Source: a virus. Taken from it: a stretch of DNA of 64,000 nt. The position numbers were made by a program, and so were the translations under genes. A model generated the notes under the pieces. That model saw nothing but the letters and a program-made list of their open reading frames with translations, did not search any database and was not told the origin of the DNA. This document shows, one piece after another, positions 8,780 to 18,173 of the stretch (position 1 is the first letter of the stretch; the number at the start of each line of letters is the position of its first letter). Location: IMG/VR virus record IMGVR_UViG_3300006310_000001. One strand, 5' to 3'.

Positions 8780-10606
8780 CTATATATTCATCTTAAATAC
8801 TTTATACCAAATCGCAAATGCCATTATAGTAAACAGTTCTTTTTGTGAGCGTTGACCAATATTAGGTAATATTTTCTTTTCTCCAGCTTTATTTAAACCT
8901 TTTGACCAACTTTCTCTTTTATTACACATATATTTATCATCTATTTCGGACTGGTTATATTCAAATATTTCTTGCATTTCTTTATTTGATAATACATTCC
9001 TAATATAATCTTTTAATACATTTCTATCATCAGCTCGTTTGCTAAGTCTACCTACAATAAATTCATCTGTAGGAAATCTCCAACCAGTTTTCTCTCTCTC
9101 TAATATTTTTAATGGTAATCTTTTATAATATGCTGTCTTTAATAGTGGTTTATTATAATATGCCCAATTATCTTCCATAAAATTCTTGTTGATTTTATGT
9201 TCACTAGGGATACTTCGTATATAATCTCTAAAAGTTTTATTCATAAAAGGAAATCTTCCTTCTAAACTAAATCTCATACCTAACTTATCATTTCTCATTA
9301 AAAAATCTTCTGATAATGTATTTAAACACTCAATGAACATAAAATCATTTCTTTCATCACCTTGCAAACCACCTTTTGGAAACCAACTATCAAGATACTC
9401 TAATTGTTCTTCGTGTGTTGCCCATAGTTCTTTATTTTTTAATTCTCTATGATTAGCACATAATGCTTTTAACTTCGTTGCCCAATCTGGTTGTCTATGA
9501 TGTTTATAACCAGCAAATAATTCATCTCCACCATCACCACTTAAAGTTACCGTTATGCCTTGATTTTTTATATTTTCATTAACACCATAATATACAGGCA
9601 AACTTTTACTTTGTCTAGGTTCTTCTAAAGCTAACGCTGTATTTTCCCAATTATCTATAAAATATTGTTGATTAATATATGGTTCTCTATGTTCACCACC
9701 ATATGTTGCTGACATTTCTTTTGCCAATATACAATCTTCGTTAGACCTTGATTTCCAATCATAAGTTTCAAACTTTGAACTAAATGTTTTTGGTTTTGTT
9801 TTCCCTAATTGGGACATTTCATAACAAATAGCCGTACTATCAATACCACCACTTAAAAACAATCCAATTTCTCTACGACCCATTAAGGTTTCTTTTACTG
9901 CCTGGTGTAATCTATTTCTAACTTCTTCTTTAATTTTACCTACATTTTTAACATTTCTTAACCCTATTTGTCTATTATTAATATTAGTAGAAATTTTAGC
10001 ACTAGTTACTACGTTCATCTTAACAACTTCACCTGGTACTAATTTTTTAATACCTTTAAACAATGTCAAATAACCAGAATTATATCCTTGTTTATAATAC
10101 TGTTTGAATGCCTCTTTATCTACTTTTCTTTCAAATCCTAATGTTAATAAACTTTTAATCTCGGATGAAAAAGCAAACTTACCATTTATATAACCATAAT
10201 AAAGAGGTTTAGTTCCATTACTATCTCTGGCAATAATTAATTCTTTTGTCTTCTTATTATAGCAAGCAAATGCAAACATTCCATCTAATTTTTCTATAAA
10301 TGATATGCCATATCTTTCTAAACCTAACATTAAAACTTCCGTATCTGTATTAGTTTTAAGTTTAAATTCTTTACCTAGTTCTTTGTAATTGTATATCTCA
10401 CCATTATATACTAACACCCTATCGTTATGAATCCAAGGTTGTTTTGAATTTTCTGTAGTGTCTATGATTGATAATAAATTATGACCTAAAGTAATATCTT
10501 CATCTTGCCAATGTCCATTACCATCAGGTCCTCTATGATGTGCTTCGCACAACATTTCTTTTATCAAACTAGTTGATGACCATAATATTCCGTGTATCGC
10601 ACACAT
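8780..10606 (-). CDS. asnB: asparagine synthase (glutamine-hydrolysing)-like amidotransferase
   Basis: N-terminal Cys, HRGPDG, YNGEIYNY, LSGGIDS, SGDGGDELFAGY, EGRFPF. Confidence 0.9.
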   Translation of the reverse strand: MCAIHGILWSSTSLIKEMLCEAHHRGPDGNGHWQDEDITLGHNLLSIIDTTENSKQPWIHNDRVLVYNGEIYNYKELGKEFKLKTNTDTEVLMLGLERYGISFIEKLDGMFAFACYNKKTKELIIARDSNGTKPLYYGYINGKFAFSSEIKSLLTLGFERKVDKEAFKQYYKQGYNSGYLTLFKGIKKLVPGEVVKMNVVTSAKISTNINNRQIGLRNVKNVGKIKEEVRNRLHQAVKETLMGRREIGLFLSGGIDSTAICYEMSQLGKTKPKTFSSKFETYDWKSRSNEDCILAKEMSATYGGEHREPYINQQYFIDNWENTALALEEPRQSKSLPVYYGVNENIKNQGITVTLSGDGGDELFAGYKHHRQPDWATKLKALCANHRELKNKELWATHEEQLEYLDSWFPKGGLQGDERNDFMFIECLNTLSEDFLMRNDKLGMRFSLEGRFPFMNKTFRDYIRSIPSEHKINKNFMEDNWAYYNKPLLKTAYYKRLPLKILEREKTGWRFPTDEFIVGRLSKRADDRNVLKDYIRNVLSNKEMQEIFEYNQSEIDDKYMCNKRESWSKGLNKAGEKKILPNIGQRSQKELFTIMAFAIWYKVFKMNI

Positions 10607-10608
10607 AA

Positions 10609-11664
10609 TTATCTTTGTAATAACTCCTTTATATAAGGTATAATCAAGTGTGAATTAAATTCTTCCATATCAAATTCTGTATGAGATACCATTTTATACC
10701 AATTTAAAACTTCTAGTGGAGTAGCATAATATATTTTCTCTATCCTATCAATACTAGTATTGTTTAATTTAATTCCAAAATTCCATTTTGAAGTAATACA
10801 AGGTATTCCTAAATTAATAAGTTCAAAAATACTTGTACTTTCTCCTAACACACCACAATAAACTCTATCTACAATAGTTCGTAATTTGGTCTCTCTTGGT
10901 AAAACTTCAACATCTTTCACCAAATCTTTAACTACAATTTTACTTAATGGGTGTGGTTTAACTATAATTTTTCTATTTGTTGCTAGTCTAACTCTTTCAA
11001 CACTAGTTTTAATAAATTCTGGTACAGAAACAGAAGATGTAGGGTCATATTCTAAACCAGGTATAATTAAAACTGCACCATCTTTATTATTTTTCCATTG
11101 ATGTGGTTCTATATTCTGCAACTTTATTTTATTTTTCTTTTCAGTTTTTTCAATCATAGTATGTAATCTTGATGGGTTTGAATTATCAACTTTACACCAT
11201 TTAGTTCTTCCATATGTCCAATGACCTAACCCCATACGATAATATCTTGGACCTGTATTTTTATACCAAGAATCTATGTAATTACATTTTATTCTTGATA
11301 ATGTAGCACTTTCAGTTACAATAACTTTTTTATTATACATCTTTGCTAGTTCTTGAACAAAGACATTTATAAATTCCATTCTTGCACTTCTAACTTCTGT
11401 GCTTGGTCTTCCGTGAGCTAGTTTACTATCTTCAGCATAAATTTTATCTGGTTTCCATTGTCTTGCTGGATTTGTACTACCCCACGTACCATCAACTAGA
11501 TAAGCGTCAGCATTTTTTATCCAATATAAATCTTCTAAAGATATTGGTTTATCTTTTACTTCAACAACTCTATGTACTGACATATCAGATTGTGGATTAG
11601 AATTAATAACTCCACATATTGCTGCCAATGCATTACCCGATCCAAAAGCTACTATCTTTTTCAT
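10609..11664 (-). CDS. KpsS-like / GT-B family protein
   Basis: ESATL...YYRMGL, W...VLIIPG, IIVKPHP, STSIFELINLGIP. Confidence 0.5.
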   Translation of the reverse strand: MKKIVAFGSGNALAAICGVINSNPQSDMSVHRVVEVKDKPISLEDLYWIKNADAYLVDGTWGSTNPARQWKPDKIYAEDSKLAHGRPSTEVRSARMEFINVFVQELAKMYNKKVIVTESATLSRIKCNYIDSWYKNTGPRYYRMGLGHWTYGRTKWCKVDNSNPSRLHTMIEKTEKKNKIKLQNIEPHQWKNNKDGAVLIIPGLEYDPTSSVSVPEFIKTSVERVRLATNRKIIVKPHPLSKIVVKDLVKDVEVLPRETKLRTIVDRVYCGVLGESTSIFELINLGIPCITSKWNFGIKLNNTSIDRIEKIYYATPLEVLNWYKMVSHTEFDMEEFNSHLIIPYIKELLQR

Positions 11665-11981
11665 TATTCATTTTTCACATTATAAAAAGTATATTTAACT
11701 GTTAATTCTTCCCACGCTTTTATAGGTCGTTCAGTATATAAAAAATACTTATTATAATTTTCAACATCTTTAAGTCCTAATTCACCTCTCACCTTTATAC
11801 AGTTTGGTTTATCACTATGATTAATATGACCACCTAAAGGTGTTCTTATAAGTTCATCATTAACAACAATATGACATAAACCTAACTTTACATCTTTCTC
11901 AATAAACTTTGTTGTAAATAATCCTTGACCTTCTATAGAAGATTTTTTAATTATTAATCCGTCTGGTAATGGTTTATACAT
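11664..11981 (-). CDS. SET-domain protein
   Basis: SSIEGQGLF, GHINHSDKPN, IKAWEELTVKY. Confidence 0.8.
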   Translation of the reverse strand: MYKPLPDGLIIKKSSIEGQGLFTTKFIEKDVKLGLCHIVVNDELIRTPLGGHINHSDKPNCIKVRGELGLKDVENYNKYFLYTERPIKAWEELTVKYTFYNVKNE

Positions 11982-12649
11982 TAGCTTGGTCCCATTTTAT
12001 CATCTTTATCTCCATAATGTAAATAAGACATCATAACATATTTTGGTCCACTAATTGGTTTTAATCCAGCGTGTGGATGAGTCCAAAAAGGTGGAAACAC
12101 TAACAATCTTGTTGCTCTTGGTGAAATCATTATATTCTGTTTTGGTAAATGTGTTTCACCGCCTTTTTCAACATCATTAAGATATAAAATAAAAACTAAA
12201 AAACGTTTTGCTGAAAGACCCCTAGAACGGAGTACATCAACGTGTTCTTTAAATTCATCTTTATCATTAGGTAAATATTTTTTTATTCTTATGTTTTCCC
12301 TATCAATTATTGGTGGAAAATGTTCATTTTTTATATTTAAATTCATCATATATCTTTCTTTATACAATTTCAACATATGAAGAAATTTATCTCTAGGTTC
12401 TTTCCAAAAGAGAAGGTTATCAGGTTTGTCTATATCAATTTCAGTAAATTCTTTATGACCAGTTTTAAATGCGTCTACACTAGATTTATTGTAGTTGGCT
12501 ATCTGTTCAAACTTATTAACAATCATTTTACAATCTTCCACGTCCATTGCGTGATTATACACCATCATATTATTCTTAGCAAATTCATCTAATGTAGATG
12601 TTGGCATATCTCTTAAACGTGAATTAAAATTAGGTTTAGTTTTGTCCAT
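11981..12649 (-). CDS. 2OG-Fe(II) oxygenase (prolyl-4-hydroxylase-like)
   Basis: EHVD (HxD), YLNDVEKGGET, FPPFWTHPHAG, KYVMMSY. Confidence 0.8.
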   Translation of the reverse strand: MDKTKPNFNSRLRDMPTSTLDEFAKNNMMVYNHAMDVEDCKMIVNKFEQIANYNKSSVDAFKTGHKEFTEIDIDKPDNLLFWKEPRDKFLHMLKLYKERYMMNLNIKNEHFPPIIDRENIRIKKYLPNDKDEFKEHVDVLRSRGLSAKRFLVFILYLNDVEKGGETHLPKQNIMISPRATRLLVFPPFWTHPHAGLKPISGPKYVMMSYLHYGDKDDKMGPS

Positions 12650-13049
12650 AACTACTCGGTGCCATAAATGTTCGTCTAACTATTGCTGCTTGTTCATCTT
12701 TAGTTTTAACATAATATCCTTCAATATGTGTATATCCATTTTCTTTTGCCCAATACACTCTCTTGTTGCCTGTATGTACTGCAATACCAGGTATAGGAAT
12801 TCCTGAATATGCGTCCTTCGGCCATCTTTTTTCTACTAACCAATAATACTTCATATTAGTATATATGATTGGATACATCATACCTAACCTATCTATACTT
12901 TTCTTAAATCTAGGATATCTTTTCATCATCCAATCATTATCAGCAGTTAACATTAAATTTTCTAATGGTACTTCTACTACTCTTGGAGTTACACCTACTA
13001 AAGGTTCATCTTTACAAGTAACTCTTTTTTTTGCTTTTAATAATTTCAT
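12636..13049 (-). CDS. ParB/Srx-like domain protein
   Basis: VVEVPLENL...SIDRLGMMYPI...HTGNKRVYWAKENGYTHI. Confidence 0.5.
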   Translation of the reverse strand: MKLLKAKKRVTCKDEPLVGVTPRVVEVPLENLMLTADNDWMMKRYPRFKKSIDRLGMMYPIIYTNMKYYWLVEKRWPKDAYSGIPIPGIAVHTGNKRVYWAKENGYTHIEGYYVKTKDEQAAIVRRTFMAPSSYGQN

Positions 13050-13363
13050 ACTTGTAATTCAAAAACATCAAATTCAATGCCTTCTAACTCTTTTGGTTTA
13101 CCTTTAGGATAAGTCGGCCAAAGTTGGAATTCTTCTCCAGTTGTATCACTTTTACAACCTGCAACTAACCAATCCCATTTAAATTCTCCGTCTATAATAA
13201 ACTCGTTCATCACTTCATATCTTCCATCTGGTTTTTGTAAAAGTAATTCTTTTTTACATTCTTCCATATTTTTATACCAACCTTCCATTTGGAAAGTTTG
13301 TTGTGTTTCTATTGGACTATGACCAATTAGATATGCTAATATTAATATTTTAAAGTCGCCCAT
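13046..13363 (-). CDS. hypothetical protein (105 aa)
   Basis: ORF coupled to neighbours. Confidence 0.65.
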   Translation of the reverse strand: MGDFKILILAYLIGHSPIETQQTFQMEGWYKNMEECKKELLLQKPDGRYEVMNEFIIDGEFKWDWLVAGCKSDTTGEEFQLWPTYPKGKPKELEGIEFDVFELQV

Positions 13364-13892
13364 AATTTGCCTTTGCTATATACCAACTATCAACTATGTC
13401 TGATACTGGATTGCCTGCTTTCGCTGTGTCTAATAGTTTCTTTAAATCTGTTTTTGTATCTTTACAAAATTGTTCGTACATCATTTCTTTATCTGCATTA
13501 CCTTTACCTGTAGCAAATTTCTTAACAACACTTGGTACAATAACATTATATTTCCATTTTTGTTCTAATAATCTATATTTAAGTATACCACAATTTTCTG
13601 CTATTTGAAATAGTGCTTGACCTTTAGAACCATAAGAATAGTTTTCTATTGCTATTGTAATCCCACCAGGTTGATATAAACGTAAAACTTTTAAAACCCA
13701 ATCAGAAATTTGAGTAAATCTTTGTATAGGGTCTGTCCACGGTTGATGTTCAGAACCATTTATATTTCCAAATACACCTAAATGTTTCTTTTTATTTGTA
13801 AGGAAATAAAAGCGACTATGCTCAAAAGTAAAGTCTTCTGTTACACATATTGCAGGACTTGTTAAACTATAATCAATCCCAACTTGTTTCAT
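13350..13892 (-). CDS. RuvC-like nuclease / resolvase
   Basis: GIDYSL, IAIENY, VVKKFATGKGNADKEMM, DIVDS acidic tetrad; start moved to MKQVGID. Confidence 0.8.
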   Translation of the reverse strand: MKQVGIDYSLTSPAICVTEDFTFEHSRFYFLTNKKKHLGVFGNINGSEHQPWTDPIQRFTQISDWVLKVLRLYQPGGITIAIENYSYGSKGQALFQIAENCGILKYRLLEQKWKYNVIVPSVVKKFATGKGNADKEMMYEQFCKDTKTDLKKLLDTAKAGNPVSDIVDSWYIAKANYGRL

Positions 13893-14055
13893 CTTCTTCT
13901 CCAATTTCATCTTCTTCATCATCCAGTTCATAACTACAAAATGGACACGACATAGGTTTCATATCTGTTTCTTCATCATCATATTTAATTGTAAATTTAG
14001 TCTTACAATTTCCACAGGTGGTCTCAAATTTCTTTATATCATCATTTAGATCCAT
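13873..14055 (-). CDS. small zinc-ribbon protein with acidic tail
   Basis: CGNC...CPFC. Confidence 0.7.
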   Translation of the reverse strand: MDLNDDIKKFETTCGNCKTKFTIKYDDEETDMKPMSCPFCSYELDDEEDEIGEEDETSWD

Positions 14056-14064
14056 TATATACTT

Positions 14065-15168
14065 TTACAATTTAAATTTCTTGAATTGATCCTTCTGTAC
14101 GTCTTGTTTAATTCCACCTATAACATAACTTTCAATTTCGGTCTCCTGTGGTGCATTTTGTAATGACCTACTATTTAACCAATGGTCAACCCAAGGTAAT
14201 GGATTTGTCTTTTGGTCATATTGTGGGTCTAATCCAATTGCTCTCATACGTCTATTTGCCATATACTCTACATATTGATGTAATAATTTTTCTGAAAGTC
14301 CTATCATAGAACCTTTTGAAAACAAATAAGTTGCCCAACGTTTTTCTTGATTAACTGCTCGTTCATACATTTTATAAACTTCTATTTGTGTATCTTTCAT
14401 TACCTTATTCATAATCTTATCATTTTCATTATCACGATAGTTATTAATTATTCTTTGTGATATTGATAAATGCAAACTTTCATCCCTTGCAATTAAAGAA
14501 AGTATTTTAGCAGAACCTTCTAACATCTTTAATTCTCCAAATGCAAACGAACAAGCAAAAGAAACATAAAATCTTAAACCTTCTAATATATTAACAGTCA
14601 TCAATGTTAAATATAGTTTCTTTTTCAACTCATACATATCAACACTATCTGGTGTTAATTGCCATTTATAACCTAAATTAATTAAATCATCATATGTTTG
14701 TGTTATACTAGTTGCCCTATTTTCAATCTTCTCATCTGTAACTATAGTATCAAAGATTTCACTAGGATTAGGATACAAATTCTTTATAATGTATGTATAT
14801 GAGTGTGAGTGTATGTTTTCAAAGAAGTCCCAAGCAATGACACAACTTTCTAATTCAGGTATTGAAACAAAAGGTAATAATGCCAACGCAGGACCTCTAC
14901 CTTGCACACTATCCATCATTGTTTGATATTTTATATTAGAAGTAAATATAAATTTACTTTGTTCATTTAATTCTCTATAATCTGCAATGTCTTTTTGTAA
15001 AGATACTTCTTCTGGTCTCCAAAAATAACCTAACTGTTGTTGAAACAGTTTATTAAAGATAGGATATTTTAATACATCATATCTTTGTACCTGTAAATCT
15101 TTACCAAAAAACATAGGTTGTTTGGTATAATCTAATTTTTTATCTATATTAAATACACTTTTAGTCAT
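14065..15168 (-). CDS. nrdB: class Ia ribonucleotide reductase beta subunit
   Basis: FWRPEEVSL, DSVQGR, ENIHSHSY, LEGLRFYVSF, RDESLH, APQETEIESY. Confidence 0.96.
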   Translation of the reverse strand: MTKSVFNIDKKLDYTKQPMFFGKDLQVQRYDVLKYPIFNKLFQQQLGYFWRPEEVSLQKDIADYRELNEQSKFIFTSNIKYQTMMDSVQGRGPALALLPFVSIPELESCVIAWDFFENIHSHSYTYIIKNLYPNPSEIFDTIVTDEKIENRATSITQTYDDLINLGYKWQLTPDSVDMYELKKKLYLTLMTVNILEGLRFYVSFACSFAFGELKMLEGSAKILSLIARDESLHLSISQRIINNYRDNENDKIMNKVMKDTQIEVYKMYERAVNQEKRWATYLFSKGSMIGLSEKLLHQYVEYMANRRMRAIGLDPQYDQKTNPLPWVDHWLNSRSLQNAPQETEIESYVIGGIKQDVQKDQFKKFKL

Positions 15169-15832
15169 TTATCGGTTCTAATTGTTCTTGCATTCTTTCT
15201 GATTCTGTTAATTCATAATGGTGGTCATCACTATCACCTGCTGTCCATTTACTTATATTATCTACACTATACTCTCTAGTAGATACTTTATAATCTGGTC
15301 TTTTTGGTTTACTAGGTGTTAATGATTTATCATAAAACAAAACTCTATTATTAGGTTGAGCAGCAAAATGCCCATTATCTAACTTTATTATGTTAAATGA
15401 TTTATGTTGAGAAGGAGTTTCACTATACCCTACATTATTTTCTTTATTCGTTGCACAACAACTATCTATACTAAACATATAATTGCCTTCATATAATTTC
15501 TTACTTGGTGATAGAAACGTACATCTATTGCCACTTACTAATTGTTTCTGTATAATAGTAATATCATAATCAAAACAATCCCATAACTGTAATTCTGGTA
15601 ATGCTATATCTTCTTTTGTTTCTTTCCATACAAAAGCATTTATAGGCAACTTATCATATAGTGCTCCTGTTTCATACAAATAAGTTTCAAAATATAATGC
15701 TCTACCTTGAATACTTTTAACAGTACACCAGATACCTGGTTCAAACTCTCCGTGACCTTTTTCTAAATCATAAAGGTATTGTTTTTTAACTAGTACTTCC
15801 GTATGTGGTACATTTGCACATAAAAATGCCAT
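15161..15832 (-). CDS. hypothetical protein between nrdA and nrdB
   Basis: Long ORF; resembles a marine-phage family from memory (YLYDLEKGHGE, LYDKLP, FAAQPNNR). Confidence 0.75.
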   Translation of the reverse strand: MAFLCANVPHTEVLVKKQYLYDLEKGHGEFEPGIWCTVKSIQGRALYFETYLYETGALYDKLPINAFVWKETKEDIALPELQLWDCFDYDITIIQKQLVSGNRCTFLSPSKKLYEGNYMFSIDSCCATNKENNVGYSETPSQHKSFNIIKLDNGHFAAQPNNRVLFYDKSLTPSKPKRPDYKVSTREYSVDNISKWTAGDSDDHHYELTESERMQEQLEPIND

Positions 15833-15841
15833 AAAGTTCCT

Positions 15842-18157
15842 TTAAATTACGCAGGTTTCACATTCTTCTTCGTCTTTTTTCTCCATTATAGTTTTTGTTT
15901 CTGGCACATCATCTTTCCAACCAATAGGGTGTACAGGTTCCTCTATATCTCTTTTACTATCATATGTATTCTGATAATAGGAAGTCTTCCATCCTAATTT
16001 ATAAGTTGTTAATAAATCTTCCGCCATTATTGATAAAGGTATTTCTCCTTCATCATAATTTTCAGGATTATACGACCAATTACCACTAATTGATTGGTCA
16101 AAGTATTTCTGCATTACTGCTACTATGTTTATATATCCTTCGTTAGATTTCATATCCCATAACAATGTATAATTATTTTTCAATTTTTTATAATCAGGTA
16201 CAACTTGTTTTAAAGTACCTTTCTTACTTTTCTTAACTGAAATATAGTCCCTAGGTGGTTCAATGCCGTTTGTGGCATTACAAACCACGCTAGAGCTTTC
16301 AGAAGGCATTTGAGCTGTGAGTGTGCTATGTCTTAACCCAAATTCCTTAATATCTTTCCTCAAGTCTTCCCATTTATAAGATAGTTTCCTAGATACAATC
16401 TCATCAACTTCTTTTTTATAGGTGTCTATTGGTAAGATACCGTCTGAATACTTTGTTTTAGAAAAGGATTCACATTTGCCCTTTTCTTTTGCTAATTCAT
16501 TACTTGCTCTTAATAGATAATATTGGAATGCTTCTGATAACTTGTCTACTTCTTTACAAGCAGTTTTAGTTTCATAACCAACTCCTAGTGTCGCTAAGTA
16601 ATGAGCAAGACCAATATATCCAATTCCTAAACTTCTTCTATTTCTTGTAGAAATTTCTGCCGCTTTAACTGGATATCTTTGATGGTCTATAACTTCGTCC
16701 AATGACCTTACTGCTAAATCGCATAAGGATTCTAATTCATCTAAATCTTTTAAAAGTCCTACATTAATTGCTGATAATATACACAATGCAATTTCTCCAT
16801 TACCATCTATATGACTTATAGGTGTTGTTGGTAATGTTATTTCTTGACATAAGTTAGACATATAAATTCTATCTTTAAAAGAGGAGTGAGTATTACAATG
16901 GTCTATATTCATAATGTAAATACGACCTGTTTCTGCTCTTTCTTTTAAAATTGCCATAAACAAGTCCTGTGCTTTAAGTTTAGTTTTCCATACACTTGTT
17001 TTTCTTTCTGCCGTTTTATATATTTCATCAAATTCTTTTGTTCCCCACGCTTCATAAAGTTCTGGTACTTCGTGTGGTGAAAATAATGTTATCTCTTCAT
17101 CATTAATAAATCTTTCATAAAATAATTTAGATAACTGTATAGAGTAGTCTAATTTTCTTACTCTATTATCTTCGCTACCTTTATTATTTTTTAATACAAT
17201 AATATCTTCTATTTCTTTGTGCCAAATAGGAAAGTGAACGGTTGCCGAACCTCCTCGTACCCCATTTTGAGTACAACACTTAACAGTTGCTTCAAATTTT
17301 TTAAGAAAAGGAATAACGCCAGTATGTTGTACTTCGCCACCTCTAATACGTGAGTTGATTCCTCTAATTCTTCCTGCATTGATACCAATACCTGCTCTTT
17401 GGGCAACATACTTGCCAATGGCCATATCACTAGAAAAGATACTAGGCAAAGTATCATCAACATCCACCAACACACAACTCGCATACTGCCTAATAGGAGT
17501 TCGTACACCAGCCATAACAGGTGTTGGAATATTAATTTTAAAACGTGAAATAGCGTCATAATACTTTTTAACATAACTCATCCTTTTGTTTTTTGGGTAT
17601 TGTGAAAATAATGTAGCAGATATCATCATATACATAAATTGTGGCGTTTCATAAATTTGTCCTGTACTTCTATCTTGCACTAGATACTTGTCTATGACTT
17701 GTCTTAAACCTGCATATGTAAAAGTATAATCTCTTTCGTGATTTAACCAATTTTCCATTCTATCAAAATCTTTTTTGTCATACCAATTTAAAATTTCTTT
17801 ATCATAGACGCCTTTGTCTATACCATTTTGTACGTGTTGAAAAATATGTGGATGATCCCACATTTTATGAAATAGTTGTTTTCTTAAACTATAGAGTAAT
17901 AGTCTAGCGGCAACATATTGATAATTTGGATTTTCTAAAGTGATTAAATCGTTTGCTGATTTAATTAAGATTTGTTGAATTTCGTTTGTTGATATGCCAT
18001 CATAAAATTGTAGACCACTATTCATTTCTACAGAAGAAGCAGAAACTTGCGTTATATCTTCACACGCATATTCTACCATTTGATGTATCTTCTCAATGTT
18101 TAGAGATTCCTTACCTCTACCATTTCGTTTCACCACACTAATATTTTCATTCACCAT
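15842..18157 (-). CDS. nrdA: class Ia ribonucleotide reductase alpha subunit
   Basis: ATP cone, PTPVMAG, ASCV, SNLCQEI, MPSESSS, KTSYY, C-terminal CETC. Confidence 0.97.
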   Translation of the reverse strand: MVNENISVVKRNGRGKESLNIEKIHQMVEYACEDITQVSASSVEMNSGLQFYDGISTNEIQQILIKSANDLITLENPNYQYVAARLLLYSLRKQLFHKMWDHPHIFQHVQNGIDKGVYDKEILNWYDKKDFDRMENWLNHERDYTFTYAGLRQVIDKYLVQDRSTGQIYETPQFMYMMISATLFSQYPKNKRMSYVKKYYDAISRFKINIPTPVMAGVRTPIRQYASCVLVDVDDTLPSIFSSDMAIGKYVAQRAGIGINAGRIRGINSRIRGGEVQHTGVIPFLKKFEATVKCCTQNGVRGGSATVHFPIWHKEIEDIIVLKNNKGSEDNRVRKLDYSIQLSKLFYERFINDEEITLFSPHEVPELYEAWGTKEFDEIYKTAERKTSVWKTKLKAQDLFMAILKERAETGRIYIMNIDHCNTHSSFKDRIYMSNLCQEITLPTTPISHIDGNGEIALCILSAINVGLLKDLDELESLCDLAVRSLDEVIDHQRYPVKAAEISTRNRRSLGIGYIGLAHYLATLGVGYETKTACKEVDKLSEAFQYYLLRASNELAKEKGKCESFSKTKYSDGILPIDTYKKEVDEIVSRKLSYKWEDLRKDIKEFGLRHSTLTAQMPSESSSVVCNATNGIEPPRDYISVKKSKKGTLKQVVPDYKKLKNNYTLLWDMKSNEGYINIVAVMQKYFDQSISGNWSYNPENYDEGEIPLSIMAEDLLTTYKLGWKTSYYQNTYDSKRDIEEPVHPIGWKDDVPETKTIMEKKDEEECETCVI

Positions 18158-18173
18158 TTTTATTTACACACTC

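Noticed and set aside
17209-17574. 121-aa alternate-frame minus ORF inside nrdA
   Set aside because: Wholly nested in conserved nrdA catalytic sequence; no independent signals.
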